Shown piece after piece: positions 13,922-54,812 of a DNA stretch of 64,000 nt. Position numbers and translations under genes: made by a program. The DNA is from Hormiphora californensis. Lineage: Eukaryota > Animalia > Ctenophora. The notes below the pieces were generated by a model. The model was not told the DNA's origin. It saw only the letters and a program-made list of their open reading frames with translations, and did not search any database. The stretch covers positions 6,200,001-6,264,000 of the forward strand of contig CM035354.1 of the NCBI GenBank assembly GCA_020137815.1, in the 5' to 3' direction. Each line of letters opens with the position of its first letter. The stretch's first letter is position 1.

Positions 13922-14774
13922 CACAGAAAAAGATACAGAAAAGAGGGCGATACACTCATGTATACATTCTTCATTCCCACACATGAACATGAACATCCAA
14001 GGTCACAAGGTGTTACACAAGAACACTTACAGGGTGGTCAAGAAAGAAATTCCGCTAAATTAGAGAAAAACAGAGATTATCAGATTTATACACAGACATC
14101 ATCAAACATAACATCACCAAACACTCATAGTGTACCTGGACACGTTGTACAGAGGCGACCCATCTGTCTCTATCGAATGCGCTGTGAGCCCTCAGGTACC
14201 ACGTTATGGAGGGTGTCACTATGTCAAACCTAACATCCGAGTGCTTGTGCAGCTGAGAGAGGTAGAATATTTAAAGGTTCCTAAGGGATGCATCACTGTG
14301 TCACTTCCCCCCTATAACGGATGGCATGGGGGTGATTTCACTCAACCCTTATCTCACCAAATTTGGCACATATAATGGGTGGTGGAAGCAGGAGAGAAGA
14401 GAAGATAGAGAAAATATAGAGAAGACCACCCCAGCTTGTTCTAACACAACCATCCCACCATAATTCAATACTTAATTTCAAAGATTTATCAGAATTCTGT
14501 ACCTGTAATATCATTTTGTCGATTTTGATTGATCCCCTGGAATTGTGTTCATCGTCTTCAGACAGGCTGTAACTAATCACCCCATTCTCCGATAACCTGA
14601 ACCACCGGACCTAGGAAAAATATATTTTGATAGTGGATGATCTGGTCATGATATGAAGCCTCTTTATTGTGTTCTAGCTGCAGAAAAGTAACTACCAACC
14701 TGCCAACCGTGAACGTAGTTTGTCCATTTGAGAAGTTCACCAGACAGTGCAGTGTCTCCTCCGTTAACACTCAT
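2144..14774 (-). CDS. CERT1: Ceramide transfer protein (CERT/COL4A3BP/STARD11), PH + coiled-coil/FFAT + START, ~502 aa, 12 coding exons
   Basis: Exons (minus): 14774-14700, 14610-14503, 14252-14136, 13777-13718, 9198-9102, 9008-8881, 7901-7818, 7665-7498, 3407-3312, 3215-3147, 2872-2684, 2461-2144; all GT-AG and frame-consistent. Motifs: PH GELLKWTNYVHGWQ.RWF and RFDI...WYLRA...RDRW; SRM-like SREGSVNLLS; FFAT LNEDQFFDAIEE; START KRVWPAAQRD and [26 protein letters not shown]. Confidence 0.95.
4183..5082. repeat. Diverged direct tandem duplication, ~450-bp unit x2
   Basis: TATTATAAAGTACAAATGA at 4183 and 4633; both units end AATGGGCTTTCTAGT; internal blocks align with indels. Confidence 0.85.
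5471..5760. mobile_element. Palindromic MITE with TTA target-site duplication (Tourist/PIF-Harbinger-like)
   Basis: ~105-bp near-perfect TIRs (GGGGAAACTCTAACTG...CAGTTAGAGTTTCCCC), TTA on both flanks (5468-5470, 5761-5763), inner hairpin centred near 5643. Confidence 0.85.
5892..6586. mobile_element. Non-autonomous DNA transposon with 8-bp TSD
   Basis: TIR CCCAGTGCCCCGA / TCGGGGCACTGGG; TSD GCCGGCAG at 5884-5891 and 6587-6594; internal ~140-bp direct duplication (~6082-6221, ~6261-6400); many TGCAGCC motifs. An 8-bp TSD fits hAT-like elements, but the superfamily is not certain. Confidence 0.85.
11773..13446. mobile_element. 1.67-kb non-autonomous DNA transposon, TA-flanked (Tc1/mariner-pogo-like), in a CERT intron
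   Basis: 26-bp perfect TIR GGGTAGACCGGGGTAATTTGGACGGT, TA on both sides, repeated internal GGGGCAATTTGG/AATTGCCCC motifs, no transposase ORF. Confidence 0.85.
13618..13710 (+). repeat. Short interspersed repeat (translates as QEPTETSKQPIRTRYLDHVTGYQPIRDQY)
   Basis: Resembles a repeat I recall contaminating Pleurobrachia bachei gene models; recalled, not searched. Confidence 0.6.
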
Positions 14775-14997
14775 CAAATTAATGACTCAAAGGTTAAAGG
14801 AATCCTCCACACTTTATAATCTCATGATTCCATGTTGATCATCCTTTTTGGAGTGAAAATGTGTTATAAGTTCCAAGTCCAAGTCTATAGTTTAAGAAGC
14901 TCCAGTGTGATTAGAATTGATCTAATGATTAGATCAGTTAGCATAGTTGATATATAATAAAGTTGTTACTTGTATTTTACTTATTTGTCACTGTATA

Positions 14998-15700
14998 CAG
15001 TCGGACCCCCGACCCCGATTTACCGAGATGCTCGGGGGAAAGGTTTTGCACGGTAAATCGGGGGCAAATACTATTAATTTCCCTTGCAGTTGCTTAGCTT
15101 GACCCTCTTTTCGCGAGCTAAAATAGGTTTTAACAAAACAATCTTGCAGAGGGTTGGCGATCGGGAAAAAGTTCAAAGTTCCCAGTTTCCAAGATTTAAA
15201 TCATATATTATCATTTGAAGATTAGCAAGATATTTATGAATGTTATTCCCCGTTGATTTTGAATAACTTAAGTGGTGATGACCGTAATTTGCATTAAACT
15301 CCTTCTAGCCCACCAAAAAACAAAACTTCGTGTGTAGGCGTATTCTTCACATTCCTCCATGCCTTAAAAACCAGGAAAAGGCTCGTTTATCTCGCCTTCA
15401 AGACTTTAGTTTATTTCATTTTCGCCAAAAAAAAATTAAAAAAGCGATTTAAAAATGTTAAAAAAGCTAAAAATCCCGGTTTCAGGATTCGACCCCATTA
15501 AAAAAACGCGCGCATTGAAAAGTTTCTTCGCGCGGCGCGTTATTTCTTTGCGCGTAAAATTTTTTCTATTTTTATTTTCTCTCCATTTCAGCTGACTAAT
15601 GTCAATGGCTGTCCACCGTCCAAGCTTTAGGACCATCCTGTAAGGAGAACCTTCTCTCTTATCAGGGCCAGGGAGTGGATCTATAACCACAGTACTTGGG
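14998..15700. mobile_element. Cluster of repeat fragments upstream of CERT, starting with a partial copy of the CAGTCGGACCCC MITE family
   Basis: TA-CAGTCGGACCCC...GATTTA...GGGGAAAGGTTTTG...TAAATCGGGG is homologous to the full element at 47698-47869. The 15480-15590 segment resembles 59780-59890. Confidence 0.6.
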
Positions 15701-16411
15701 GTTTCCTTTAGACTCTAAATTAGAGTCTAAATTAGTTATTAGACAGTAGGCAATAGAAACAAGGTAATTTACGTAAGTGAAACCATTGTACAACTTAACA
15801 GTAGAATCTATGTTCTGTATTTATCTCCTTGAGATTCTTACAATATGATTTAGATGTAAAAAGACGGGTTAATATACTACAAAAACAAACAGACTCGTCT
15901 CCAAAAACAGTCACACGCACGCACTCACACTTGTATACACACAATACAAACAGACACAAACAAACTAATTATATGATAAGGGAGGTTTCAGGGTCTCACT
16001 CCCCTCTAACTAGCTCAAGATTTCTTTTGCTGTTCGTCACAGATTCAAAACTTTACACATTGACTGATACTAATAGTATTACTATTCGCCTAACTAAACG
16101 AAAAATTAAAATATCTGATCGGCTTTTCTGATAAAAATTTTTAGCTAATTTTAACCACGGTGTGTGTGTTTAATATTGCCTTGGCTTTCTCAGAAAACAC
16201 ATTTTAAGTATCGAGAGAGGGATTGGGGTTCTGATATAAAAGATAAATCCCTAAATCTTAATGAATGTTCATCAATATTGTCTTATTTTTTACAAGTCAC
16301 TACCCCTTTTCTCTCTTTTCCACTTACTAATGGAAATGGAATGACTGTGAATGATTATCCTCTGATAAAATTAACAAATTTACTACTTGAATATAACTCA
16401 ATGTCCATTCC

Positions 16412-43707
<27,296 letters not shown>

Positions 43708-46189
43708 ATAACTGGTGTACGGGGGGAACAGCTGGTGTGGAGTGTGGTAATCACGGGGAGAAAGATTCCGGCTCTATCTAGCACTGATCGTGGGACATGG
43801 ACCCTATCACACAAGGAATATGGGTTAGTATGGAAAGTAGCATAAACAGCAAAAATAGGATAGGATTTTATATTAACCTACACCGCCTAACTCCTAGAAA
43901 CTCCTTGCAAACTAACAAAAAACGGAAAAAGTAAAACACTCCGGTAAGAAAACAAAATATTCAAAATATCAAGGTCATTCCGAACTTGTAGCCAAAATGC
44001 TAGTAACGCTAAGCAATATTCTTCCGGCAGAAATAATAAATATCGGTATTAGGACATGCCCGATTTAGATTCCGTTTCATCCCGATTATAGTGACCCCTG
44101 TAAAGTGCTGCGTGGAGCAGGAATGCTGACACGTAATGGAATCATACTATTATTAAAGCAAATAGGGAAATGATGGGTGATGATATTTTTACCAAATATG
44201 GCATTTTGCACGTGCAGGTTTAGAGGTGGAGTACTATAGCTGGAGTGGGGCCAGGGGTGTGAGTCGTTACCAAGGATTGTTACTACGTACTGCAGCTGCA
44301 CGTGCAGCTGTTCTTGCTTTGTATTGTGTCACTGTTCCAGCTATTATGCTCTCTTCAACAACCGTTGATATACGAAAGCGACAATTGGAGATCTCACTAC
44401 TTTTCTCTACTTTTCCATACACTGAGGGATTTAAATACAGCAACACCAAGAGAAGTGCAGAGACAACAAAAAAGACGTTGGAGGTTAGACAGAACCGATG
44501 ATCAATCTCAGATGAATACTGCAAATAGACGAAACGCGAGGAGTCTGCAAAATAGTAAGTTCTTTTATCAATTTGATCGCCCGATCATCATCATCTGACG
44601 TTCTGAAACTCGCAGCGATCCCGCCTGAGCTCCTTTTACGGTACAGTAACTTAAGATGGGATGGTGCATGTCAACAGTTCGACTGGTGATGTCAGTGCTC
44701 CCTAACCCAGCTACCATTTCCCCGAAATTCGCCCGTAGGGCGAACGGGTTTAGGGGAGCCACAGGTAATATGGGAAATTTGGTAAAATGGGAAATCGGTG
44801 TTTTGAAAAGATTGGCCATGTTACAGGCTCATAAATAGTTAATAACTCTTATTAATGATCTTAGATTAATTCTGAAACTGTTTATAGCCTTGGTGGGAAG
44901 TGTATAGATGGTACACTAGTGTTATTAAAGCGTCATCAATCATCACGGGGTGACGTGTACAAAAATGAAATTGTTCTGGAAAGCGCGAGAGAACCATCAA
45001 CTAGAAAAGCTCACACACACGGCTGGTATGCAAAATATATTCCATTTGTTGTTGGTTCCACAAATAACAAAAAGGGGGTGTGACGATGAACAATGTTTTC
45101 TTTTCCAATGGAATGTGTCCTAGCACAATATTATATATGTTACTCCAAGTGATACCGTGTGTACAGCTGGAACAATACAATATTGAAACTAGACAGATCC
45201 TTCACGCTGTATGTACAATTCAATAACCAGTCAGAAACTGTTTTGGCTCGAGCTATCAAGTATGCACAACACACTCGAGCACTGCGTGGAAAGGAAGCAT
45301 GCAAGAATAGTATTAACAGATCTGAATATGTACCAAGAAATGTTTTGTCGCTACCACTGGACTGTTTATATGACTGGGTACAACTATACTCAAGAAGCGT
45401 CCTTAGCGACTATTTGCCATAGCAACAGGCGAGCGTCCTTAGCAACCAAAAATGAACAATAGGAATGGCAATGACAATTACCTACTATAACAATTACCTA
45501 GGTGTGCTACACGCGGGTACTCTAAGAAAGTTCCAATGATAGAACACAGTACATAGAATTCGAAACAATGATAGCTAGTAGGTCACCGCATTGGATCCGA
45601 GATCTAGTAGATACACGAATTGTAGTTCCATGGTCTGAGTGATGCAATACCTTAGATACAGACAACTTCTATCTCTATAGTTTAATAAGCTTCCGGTTAG
45701 TAGTAACCATGGAAACACGACACAACAATGGCAGCAATCTCTTTCTCTTTTCTCTCTCTCTCCACAATTATCTCTAACCTCGTACTTAGGCAATTATAGA
45801 GAACAGTTGACATGGCAACACGCATTCTAATCGGACCGTCCATCACCGCGTCACCAAATGATCGACACTTAATGGCGACTCATCCTAGTTATCCATGCAG
45901 GGACTCAGCTGGATGGTAGGAGTCATCGAATATATGATAAAACGTTCTTGAAATGAGCGGTAGAACAATGGGAGTTATACAAATAAACGGTAGCATATAT
46001 CTTTAGAGATTCAAAGATTCAAAGATTCACTTTTTAATTTGAATCTTTGAATCTTTATATCTTTATGATTCCGTTACATTCCCGTTACAAACTGCAAGGA
46101 GTAGGGTGGGACAACGTGTGCTGGAAGGGGAGATCATGATACATTAGTCATGGACCATGACCCTGGGAAAGAGAAAGAGAGACTAGAGG

Positions 46190-46277
<88 letters not shown>

Positions 46278-46466
46278 AAGAGAGAGAAAGAAAGAGAAAG
46301 AGAGAGAGAACACTAAACTAAGACCAAAAAAGATGCACCATGGTGGGAAGGGCGAGTTTTACATGCATTGTGAGTTTGAATGCAAGCACTCCACTGAATT
46401 ACTTGAGATATGTCCCCTGCCTTTCAAAAAGAACGTGCATTTTTGTTTACAAGCTCCGTACTAGTG

Positions 46467-46517
<51 letters not shown>

Positions 46518-47025
46518 TCCCTTTCTCTTTCTTTCTCTGACCTCACTCGCTGAGAGAAGGGTCAGCCCTGACTCTCCGGTGTGACACAAGTTGTGGTCAG
46601 ATTAGCATGCACTATGGCGACACAAACAAGATCAATTATATAGCCCCCCCCCCCAAGTTACACCTAAATAAGACAAACGAGATAAACAGGGAAAACCAAT
46701 CATTAAATGACGTAGGGCGGGGCAAGGGAAATCAACTAAAATAAACCATTGCTTACGTACGTTGTTTGTGTTTGATCAGTGGACAGTCGATTGCGACTAA
46801 TGGCAGTTATTACAAATTTACAAGACACATGCACCGCTATATCTCTCTCGTTAATACAGACAAATATGAGAGAGGTGGTGGAGTTATAACACAGAAAAAA
46901 CAATAACTACTACAGCTACTAGCAGAAACAGACCGCAGTCCACACTGGACTACTTAGAAAAACATTTAGCAAGGGGGAACATTTATGCAGGAATGGAATG
47001 AATGGAATTATTCTTTAGTCAAAGG

Positions 47026-47113
<88 letters not shown>

Positions 47114-47697
47114 GGAGAGAGAGGCTACTGTGTATGCTCTGAGTTTCGGAAAATACCTCCTATTCCGGTGGGGTATTTACAGCGCAAATCCCACATCTAA
47201 CCCCCTCCCTCCCTGACCCTTCCTACCCCATTTTCCTGAATTCACATGTAAGTAGTAAGTACATCAAAGATGGTGGGTGAGAACAATAAAAATTAGGGGA
47301 TTGAAAAATAAATACGAGGGAGTGAGAGACAGAGATAGAGAGCAAAAGAGAGGGAGAGAGAGAAATATATCGATGAGAATCTAGAAATTGGAGTCAAGTT
47401 AGATCCGTGAGGAGGTATTGGAGTCGAAACGCGGCAGTTTGTGTAAACAAAAAACGATTTAAAACTCGATGGAAACACAGAAACAGCGAAATATCGCTCC
47501 TCTACAAACCGCAAGATCTCGAACATAAGTATGTACATCAATATAGCAGTCTCATAATTATACCTTGGAGGAGCTTGGTCCATTTAGCGAAAAAGTTCTA
47601 TGAAAGCTGCTCGAGAATATGAAAATGTTGCAATTTCAAGAAATGAACAATATAACTATCTCGGGTCGAAGATGCCAAGTTGTCATAATATCTTCTA

Positions 47698-47869
47698 CAG
47701 TCGGACCCCGATTTAACGGCACCCTTGGGGGAAAGGGTTTTGTCCGTTAAATCGGGGTGTCCGCTAAATCGGGGTCGAATACTGTTAATTTTCTATATCG
47801 GGGGAAGATTATGCTGCCGTTAAATCGGGGTGCCGCTAAATCGGGGGCCGTTAAATCGGGGTCCGACTG
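47698..47869. mobile_element. 172-bp MITE with TA TSD (Tc1/mariner-type)
   Basis: 23-bp TIR CAGTCGGACCCCGATTTAACGGC / GCCGTTAAATCGGGGTCCGACTG, TA flanks, internal TAAATCGGGG repeats. Confidence 0.9.
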
Positions 47870-49195
47870 TATATCATGATATCACGCGTAGATATATTCA
47901 GCATATGTGAACTATCATGAAACAGTGCTAACGTCATAGAGGGGGGGGGGGAAGCTAGCTATTTGACAAATAATTTTTCATACTGTGCGTAATATACCAA
48001 CATAATGAACGAGCAATGAACTGCATATCTCTATAACTAACCCACACCATTGAATCAGATAAAATTCCCCTGTAACTAGCGCCCCAAAAGGTATAGCTCC
48101 TAAAGCAATTAGTGTTTTGATAATGTGTTCAAAGGTATATAGCTCCTAAAGCAATTAGTGTTTTGATGACAACTTGTCGACATGATCTGATCTAGAAAAA
48201 GGGGCAATCATGTCAAATTAATGCGTCACAGTTACTCTGTTATTGTTTCATGTGGCGCTACTAATACCTGCCGCGGTAGTAGTTGGGTGGTGAGATAATT
48301 CTAGTTCGCACCTCATGTGACGTCACGTGGTTACCATAACAACTAACTGTCATAACCGATGATATTTGTTGAGTAAGATGATATCATTTTAATTTGGCGA
48401 AAATTATTTACAGTAGTACTTGGGTATGTGCAGGGTTGCAGAGTTTCAATAGACATGATCCTAACCTAAAAGTGGAAACTAGAACAAAAAGTTTAAAACA
48501 CATGAGAGCGATGAGCGGACAGTTAGGACAAAGACACAAGTGAGAGGAGATATGACGTAGGGAGGACACCCCTCTCTTTAACAAAAGCTCCTCATGAAGC
48601 TTCTAGTGTATATAGATGCATTGTAGAGAGTCCAACAGAGAGAGAGAGGGAGGTCTATAACATGTGAAATGGAAAAGGACGTGTAAACTGTCTAACAGAC
48701 CTAGGAATGTCTGTGATATATTATGGTACGGGATTATTTGACATGATGACTCATTTCAAATTATCCCGTACTAGTTATAGTAAAACAAATCAGTTCGGTA
48801 CTAAATATGGCTAGATCTAATCGCTTGTTATATTGGCATGTCACAAGTTACAACACCTCGCTCTGCCGTGTGGACGCTACTTTTGTATAAAAAAACTCAT
48901 ATCCCGAAGCACAGGATCATGTCTATATGCAGTGCTCTGAAGTTCAAAATTCCAGTAACATGTCACTTTCATGACACACAAAACCAAAACCATCATTCCT
49001 CTCGCATACTCACACTTCACAACAGCTTGCTGAGAGTTATATAATATCCTGAACAGAGTATGACTTGAGAATATATAGGTACGCGGGCAATGTAAGCTAA
49101 GTGGAGAAATGGATACACATATGGAACGGAATGCCGCCAAAGAACAAACGCGACACTAGAATCAACTATTAAGTTGTGGGATTGGAGTTACTTAA

Positions 49196-50584
49196 GGGTA
49201 CGCTAACCAAAAATTTTTTTCGAGTGCAGGGAAATCTCTCACCGTAGGGTTGTAGGCCATGCCAAGGAGACCTCAAATATGCAGTTTGAGCTCTCAAGTC
49301 GAATTCATATTTTTGCTACAGCTGCTTGAAAAATGAACTGAAAATACGTTTTTGGCATCCCAAAAAAATTTTTTTAAAGATAAGAGTATGAAAATTTGGG
49401 TATTTGAAGAGGACATGAAGGTGAATAACCACAAAAAATCTTTTTGCAATCCGAGCTGATTTCCGGTCCTGAGGTGGATTTCTTTTTTTCCACTTTAAGG
49501 CCCTATTTGGCAAAGTTCCGAAAACATGTGAAAGCTGTAAATTGGTGAAAAGTTGCGTCTAACGATTATCTAAGTGGCCATAAATTTTGGGCGTGTCCTT
49601 ATTTGAGATAAGCTGTACAGAGTTTTTTTTGTGAAAGCCGTCATTTCAAAAATAAATAAATTCCCTGTATCTCAAAAACGGTTGATCGTAGAGACCTGAG
49701 ACTATGCTTAAACGATTCAGAAGGTCCGATTTTGGGGGGGTCTTCTGAGATACATTTTGCTCCTACTTCAACCGTTTTTGCTGTAATTGCGAAAAACAAA
49801 AACCCATCTTCGCCATCGTGGATTTTTTGTGATTTTGTTTTTGATGATTATAGGGACCCATATGGACCAAATAGTGAAGGAATTAGCTTGTTAAACATTT
49901 TTCCATAGTTTCGGTCCTTTCTTAGCTAAAATTCCCTAATTACAGGATATTGGAGTTAAGCTTTTGCCCTTTTCATAGAATTTGTTTTTCGCAATTACAG
50001 CAAAAACGGTTGAAGTAGGAGCAAAATGTATCTCAGAAGACCCCCCCAAAATCGGACCTTCTGAATCGTTTAAGCATAGTCTCAGGTCTCTACGATCAAC
50101 CGTTTTTGAGATACAGGGAATTTATTTATTTCTGAAATGACGGCTTTCACAAAAAAAACTCTGTACAGCTTATCTCAAATAAGGACACGCCCAAAATGTA
50201 TGGCCACTTAGATAATCGTTAGACGCAACTTTTCACCAATTTACAGCTTTCACATGTTTTCGGAACTTTGCCAAATAGGGCCTTAAAGTGGAAAAAAAGA
50301 AATCCACCTCAGGACCGGAAATCAGCTCAGATTTCAAAAAGATTTTTTGTGGTTATTCACCTTCATGTCCTCTTCAAATACCCAAATTTTCATGCTCTTA
50401 TCTTTAAAAATTTTTTTTGGGATGCCAAAAACGTATTTTCAGTTCCTTTTTCAAGCAGCTGTAGCAAAAATATGAATTCGACTTGAGAGCTCAAACTGCA
50501 TATTTGAGGTCTCCTTGGCATGGCCTACAACCCTACGGTGAGAGATTTCCCTGCACTCGAAAAAAAATTTTGGTTAGCGTACCC
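49196..50584. mobile_element. 1.39-kb foldback element with TTAA TSD (Kolobok-like termini)
   Basis: ~605-bp near-identical inverted arms (49196-49800 and 49981-50584), ~180-bp spacer, TTAA on both flanks, GG...CC termini (piggyBac would start CCY). Confidence 0.9.
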
Positions 50585-52042
50585 TTAATACTTATATAAG
50601 CCAATGGTAATGTTGCAACGAGTTCCATACGTCTTTTCTATGATAGCCCATTATTTCAAATGCTATAAATAACATAAACTGGCAAAGTTTCTTGAAGTCT
50701 CTTGGATGGATTTTTCTCTTTTTTCATAAAAACTCAGGATTATTTCCACCCGATCGAGCAATGTATTTTGCTTTCACATTTTCTAACCCTTAGTCTAGCC
50801 GCCCTACCCTGTGTTCTCTATCTCTCCTTTTCGAAAATCTCTCTAGGTTATAATAGAGGGAGAGAGAGAGAGAGAAGGAGATTGGTGGTGCTAAGAGTCT
50901 TTTTGAAAAGGGATAATTAGTTTCAATTCCTCCCCTTTCACAATACAATAAAATGACAGACATCCTGTCAAAAATATATGACTAGAGAGAATGAAAGCCC
51001 TGGGAGGAGCATATACAGATTATAGAAGGAGTTGTTAGGATAAAAATATGATAAAAATACGATGCAAATAAAAGTATCCTTGAAAAGATCAAAATAAGAT
51101 TACATCGCCAAAAATCCAGTACTATCTTGTTTCACAAAAGAATGCCCCCTCCGCGCCGAACCGGGTGCGATGCATTATACAGTCATGTATGTAGTATGAA
51201 AATAACCTTCCAGGTGTTCCAAACAACACGCAGAGTTGTAAAACTTTCCAAGCACTATAATTATCCACTAAGAAATCCGCTCAATTCAACACATGTAGAA
51301 ATATCCTGCTATTTTTTAAAACCTTTTCTGTCGACAAGCACTACAATACTTCTCAGCAATGAAAGATGACACGTAGGCCATGGAATTCTAACAATTAAAG
51401 CTACTACTCTATGGTACACTAATTGGGAGAAGGTCAGTAATTGAGTCCCTAACTGACACTATAACTAATGTCTGACTAACACTAACTAATGTCCGACATT
51501 CCGCACGGAACAATTCACAGCGATTCAAGTGTGCACGAGTCACGAGACTATTATACTCTCAGTGCAATGCCCTGGATTTGGAGACGAGCCCTCGACTAGG
51601 CTGCAGCTTTTGGCAAATTGAGTTTAGCAAACTGTTGGAGGAAAGCAAAGTGATACCCCCCTCTTTTAAACCGCAGGAAGTATTCTTTGTTGTGAAGAAT
51701 GCAGGCCTGGAAAAGCCTGGATCAGGGTGCCACGAATCTTGTAAAGGACTCACAAACCCTCGTGATACAACTTGAGTCTTCAACTCAACAAGATACAATA
51801 AGGTACATTTGCAAGGCTCTCCAACGATCATTGTCTTGCTTTGCACTACCCTCTCTCTCACCACGCCCAGCATAACAATCGCTGTTATGCCATACATGGG
51901 CTGTGAAGTGGGAGCAGACACTAAAAGCAACAAAGCTACAAACTGTTGAATATCAATCGTGGAAGTAGTTTGTCGAGTCTAGCCTGTGGGGGACAGCAGG
52001 AGAGATATGGAAAATGGAGAGGGAGGTATAGTAAGAAAGATA

Positions 52043-52083
<41 letters not shown>

Positions 52084-54676
52084 GAGAGAGGAGGAGAGCA
52101 TTAGATGTGAGATCCTCTTCTAGATTATCTTCCATCTCGCTCTGAGATTTCCTGGGTCCTCGCTCGTTCTCTCTCTCTCTTCTCTCGTCCGCTCGATCTC
52201 CTCCCCCTCCTCTCTCTCTCTCTCCTCTCTCGTTTGTCTCTCTCGCTCTCTCTTCTCTCTCCTACTCTCTCTCTCCTCTCTCTCCCCTCTCTCTCTCTCA
52301 CTCTCTCTCTACCCCCTCGTCTCTCTCTCTCTCTCTCTCTCTCGCTCTCTCCTCTTCTCTCTCCTCTTCTCTCCTCTCTCTCTCCTCCTCTCTCTCTCCT
52401 CTCCCTCTCTGCTCCGGCTCGGCGGGCGGGTGCTTCCTGCATTTGGTTCCAGTTTGCTGCCTACAACCCCATGTCCCGCGGTGATTGGAAGGGCATGGAA
52501 AAACAATCGGGTGAAATCTTCCTCTGCTGTACATTTAAATTGCTATCTTTATACAAAAATACATTTTTACGTAAGATCTCTTGACCTGGAATTTCGGGAG
52601 TGTTCCGAAACAATATCAAGTCTGAATCCTGGATTTTGTGTGTAGGTATGCATGTAGCAACCATTTATTTTCACTTTCCCCTAAATCATTTTTTGGACCT
52701 TTTCTCCACCTGATTCTTTCTTTCTCCCCTCTTTTTTTTTTATTTCCCCTTTCTCTGTCCCTCTCTGTCCCTCTCTTTCTCTCCCCTTCTATATCCCTTT
52801 CTCTCCTTCTCTTTTATACCTTTGTAGTTTATTTGCTTTTATAATGAACGATTGCTCCTATGACAATCCCTTTAGCTGCAGCTGCAGCAGCAACACCAAA
52901 TTAGTAGTCTGGGAGAGAGAGAGGAAGGGAAAGAGTAAGAGAGAGGCAGAAAAAGAGAGTAGAGACACAAGGTAAGAATGGATCGGAGAGCTCGCATTTT
53001 AGAAGAAATATGCGGGCGCATTCATTGACAAATACATACAATGTAATCTCTGCTCCATAAAGCTGCCCTCTAGTTTTTCAAGTAAAGTAACAGTAATGAT
53101 TTTCGTCGCTTGGAGGGCTTACCCTACATGTTTTCCCGTAAAATCAATTAGACAGAACCCCCGACAGAACTATTGAAATAAAGGAAGGAGACATAGAGAG
53201 AGACATATATAATAGAGCGAGGAATATAAAAACTGTAAATGGTTAGTCGGCGAACTCAACAGTAAAGTAGTCAAAACAAAATATACTATAGAAGCTATAA
53301 TAGCTAGTACACTCTTTCGAGCTTCCTAATATAGGAGAAAGCTTACTCTTATGCAGTACTAGTGTACAATCTATAATGGACAGATTAGGACGTGCCAGAA
53401 TAAAAGGAACGAATTAATTTTAATAATTCAGAAGGAACGAGCAAGTTATAAAAAGGAGGAGGTTTTGGAGCGTGTGTATTGTAAAGTGGGGAAATGGAAT
53501 CAGGGTTGATCTAGATATTATGTGAAGGGACAGCAATATTAGAGTGGAATGAGACAGACAGAGGGTGTAAAGGGAGAGATCTGGGAGAGAGAGAGAGATA
53601 GTGACTGAGCGTGCAAAAAGAAAGGTAGAGGAATGGAGAGAGTTGGAAGAGACAGATGGGCTGTAGGATGATTGCAGCATGCTAGATGGCAATTAGTGGG
53701 TCCTGAGTGGATCACGACTTATTCAACAAATTACACGTTTACAGAAGAGATATAATAGAGATTGGTGGAACGGGAGAAAGATATGTAGAGAGATAGAGAG
53801 ATAGAGAGATAGAGGGTATGATGATGAATAGAATTACACTGCGAATTAGGTGCAAGTCAGGAAAGAGCCTGCAGGGAATATAGCACCAAGGAACTCCAGA
53901 TCTGTCAATGCATGGAAGGAATTCCCTGGCTCTATTCCCTGGGAGTTCTATCGGGGATCTACAGCCTATAAAGAAAGCGAAGTATTGAGAGAAAGGATAG
54001 AGACAAAGTTAAAGACGAAATCCACGAATCGAACAGATAAAATATACTAATCATAGTGATTATAAATGTTAAAAATATATTTTTCTTTTCTGCATTTTAA
54101 CTGAAAACTCAACAAGTTGCTATGGTAACACTAAACAAGCTAAACGTAGGAAATAATTGGTCACAACTCATTATTCGGAATGAGCATTGTTTATCCGTTG
54201 CTAAGACGATTCTAGGCAATAGCTCTGTTGAGTGAATGCTATTAACACATTAGCCTTATATAGCAATGTTGCCGACCATAAAATAGAAACCTATCTACAT
54301 ATAATCAGTGGTGTAAGTTGCGATATACCCTTACCTCAATCTTCCCAACATATTAATATTTCATCAGTCTATACACACACACTGTGTGAGAGTCCTGGGT
54401 CAATTAGAATATTCAAGAACCAAAGTGGCAGCAATCTACAGTGTGAAAGAGGACAAACACAGGTGAACAATGTTATACTCCAGTAGTGCAGGTAGTGAAG
54501 TAGAGAGGGAGAAGTAGAGAGGGAGAGTTTTGAATAAGAAATACATCAGTTAGCTAGTGCAGTTAGTATAGGTTCTGAAAACAAAACGATGAGAATAATG
54601 AATATAAGAATAGAAATAGAAGATGATCAGAATAGAAATGAAATACATCTCATAGAAAAAGGGTAAAAGCAAAACA

Positions 54677-54812
54677 TGTGTAACCTGTTTGTAACCTGTG
54701 TGCAACTGCATGTAACCTGTGTGTAACTGCATGTAACCTGTGTGCAACTGCATGTAACCTGTGTGTAACCTGTGTGTGACCTGTGTGCAACTGCATGTGA
54801 CCTGTGTGTAAC
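54677..54812. repeat. 21-bp minisatellite
   Basis: Unit GTAACCTGTGTGCAACTGCAT, with shorter sub-units. Confidence 0.9.

Noticed and set aside
44226-44598. Divergent + strand ORFs beside the RPTP 5' end, one resembling a peptide precursor with KRR/RR sites
   Set aside because: No in-frame ATG after the upstream stop and no clear acceptor; overlapping ORFs in several frames suggest chance.
49316-50486. Mirror-image ORF pair MPNRALKWKKRNPPQD on opposite strands (likewise 5499-5732)
   Set aside because: Consequence of inverted-repeat arms; no transposase or other motifs.
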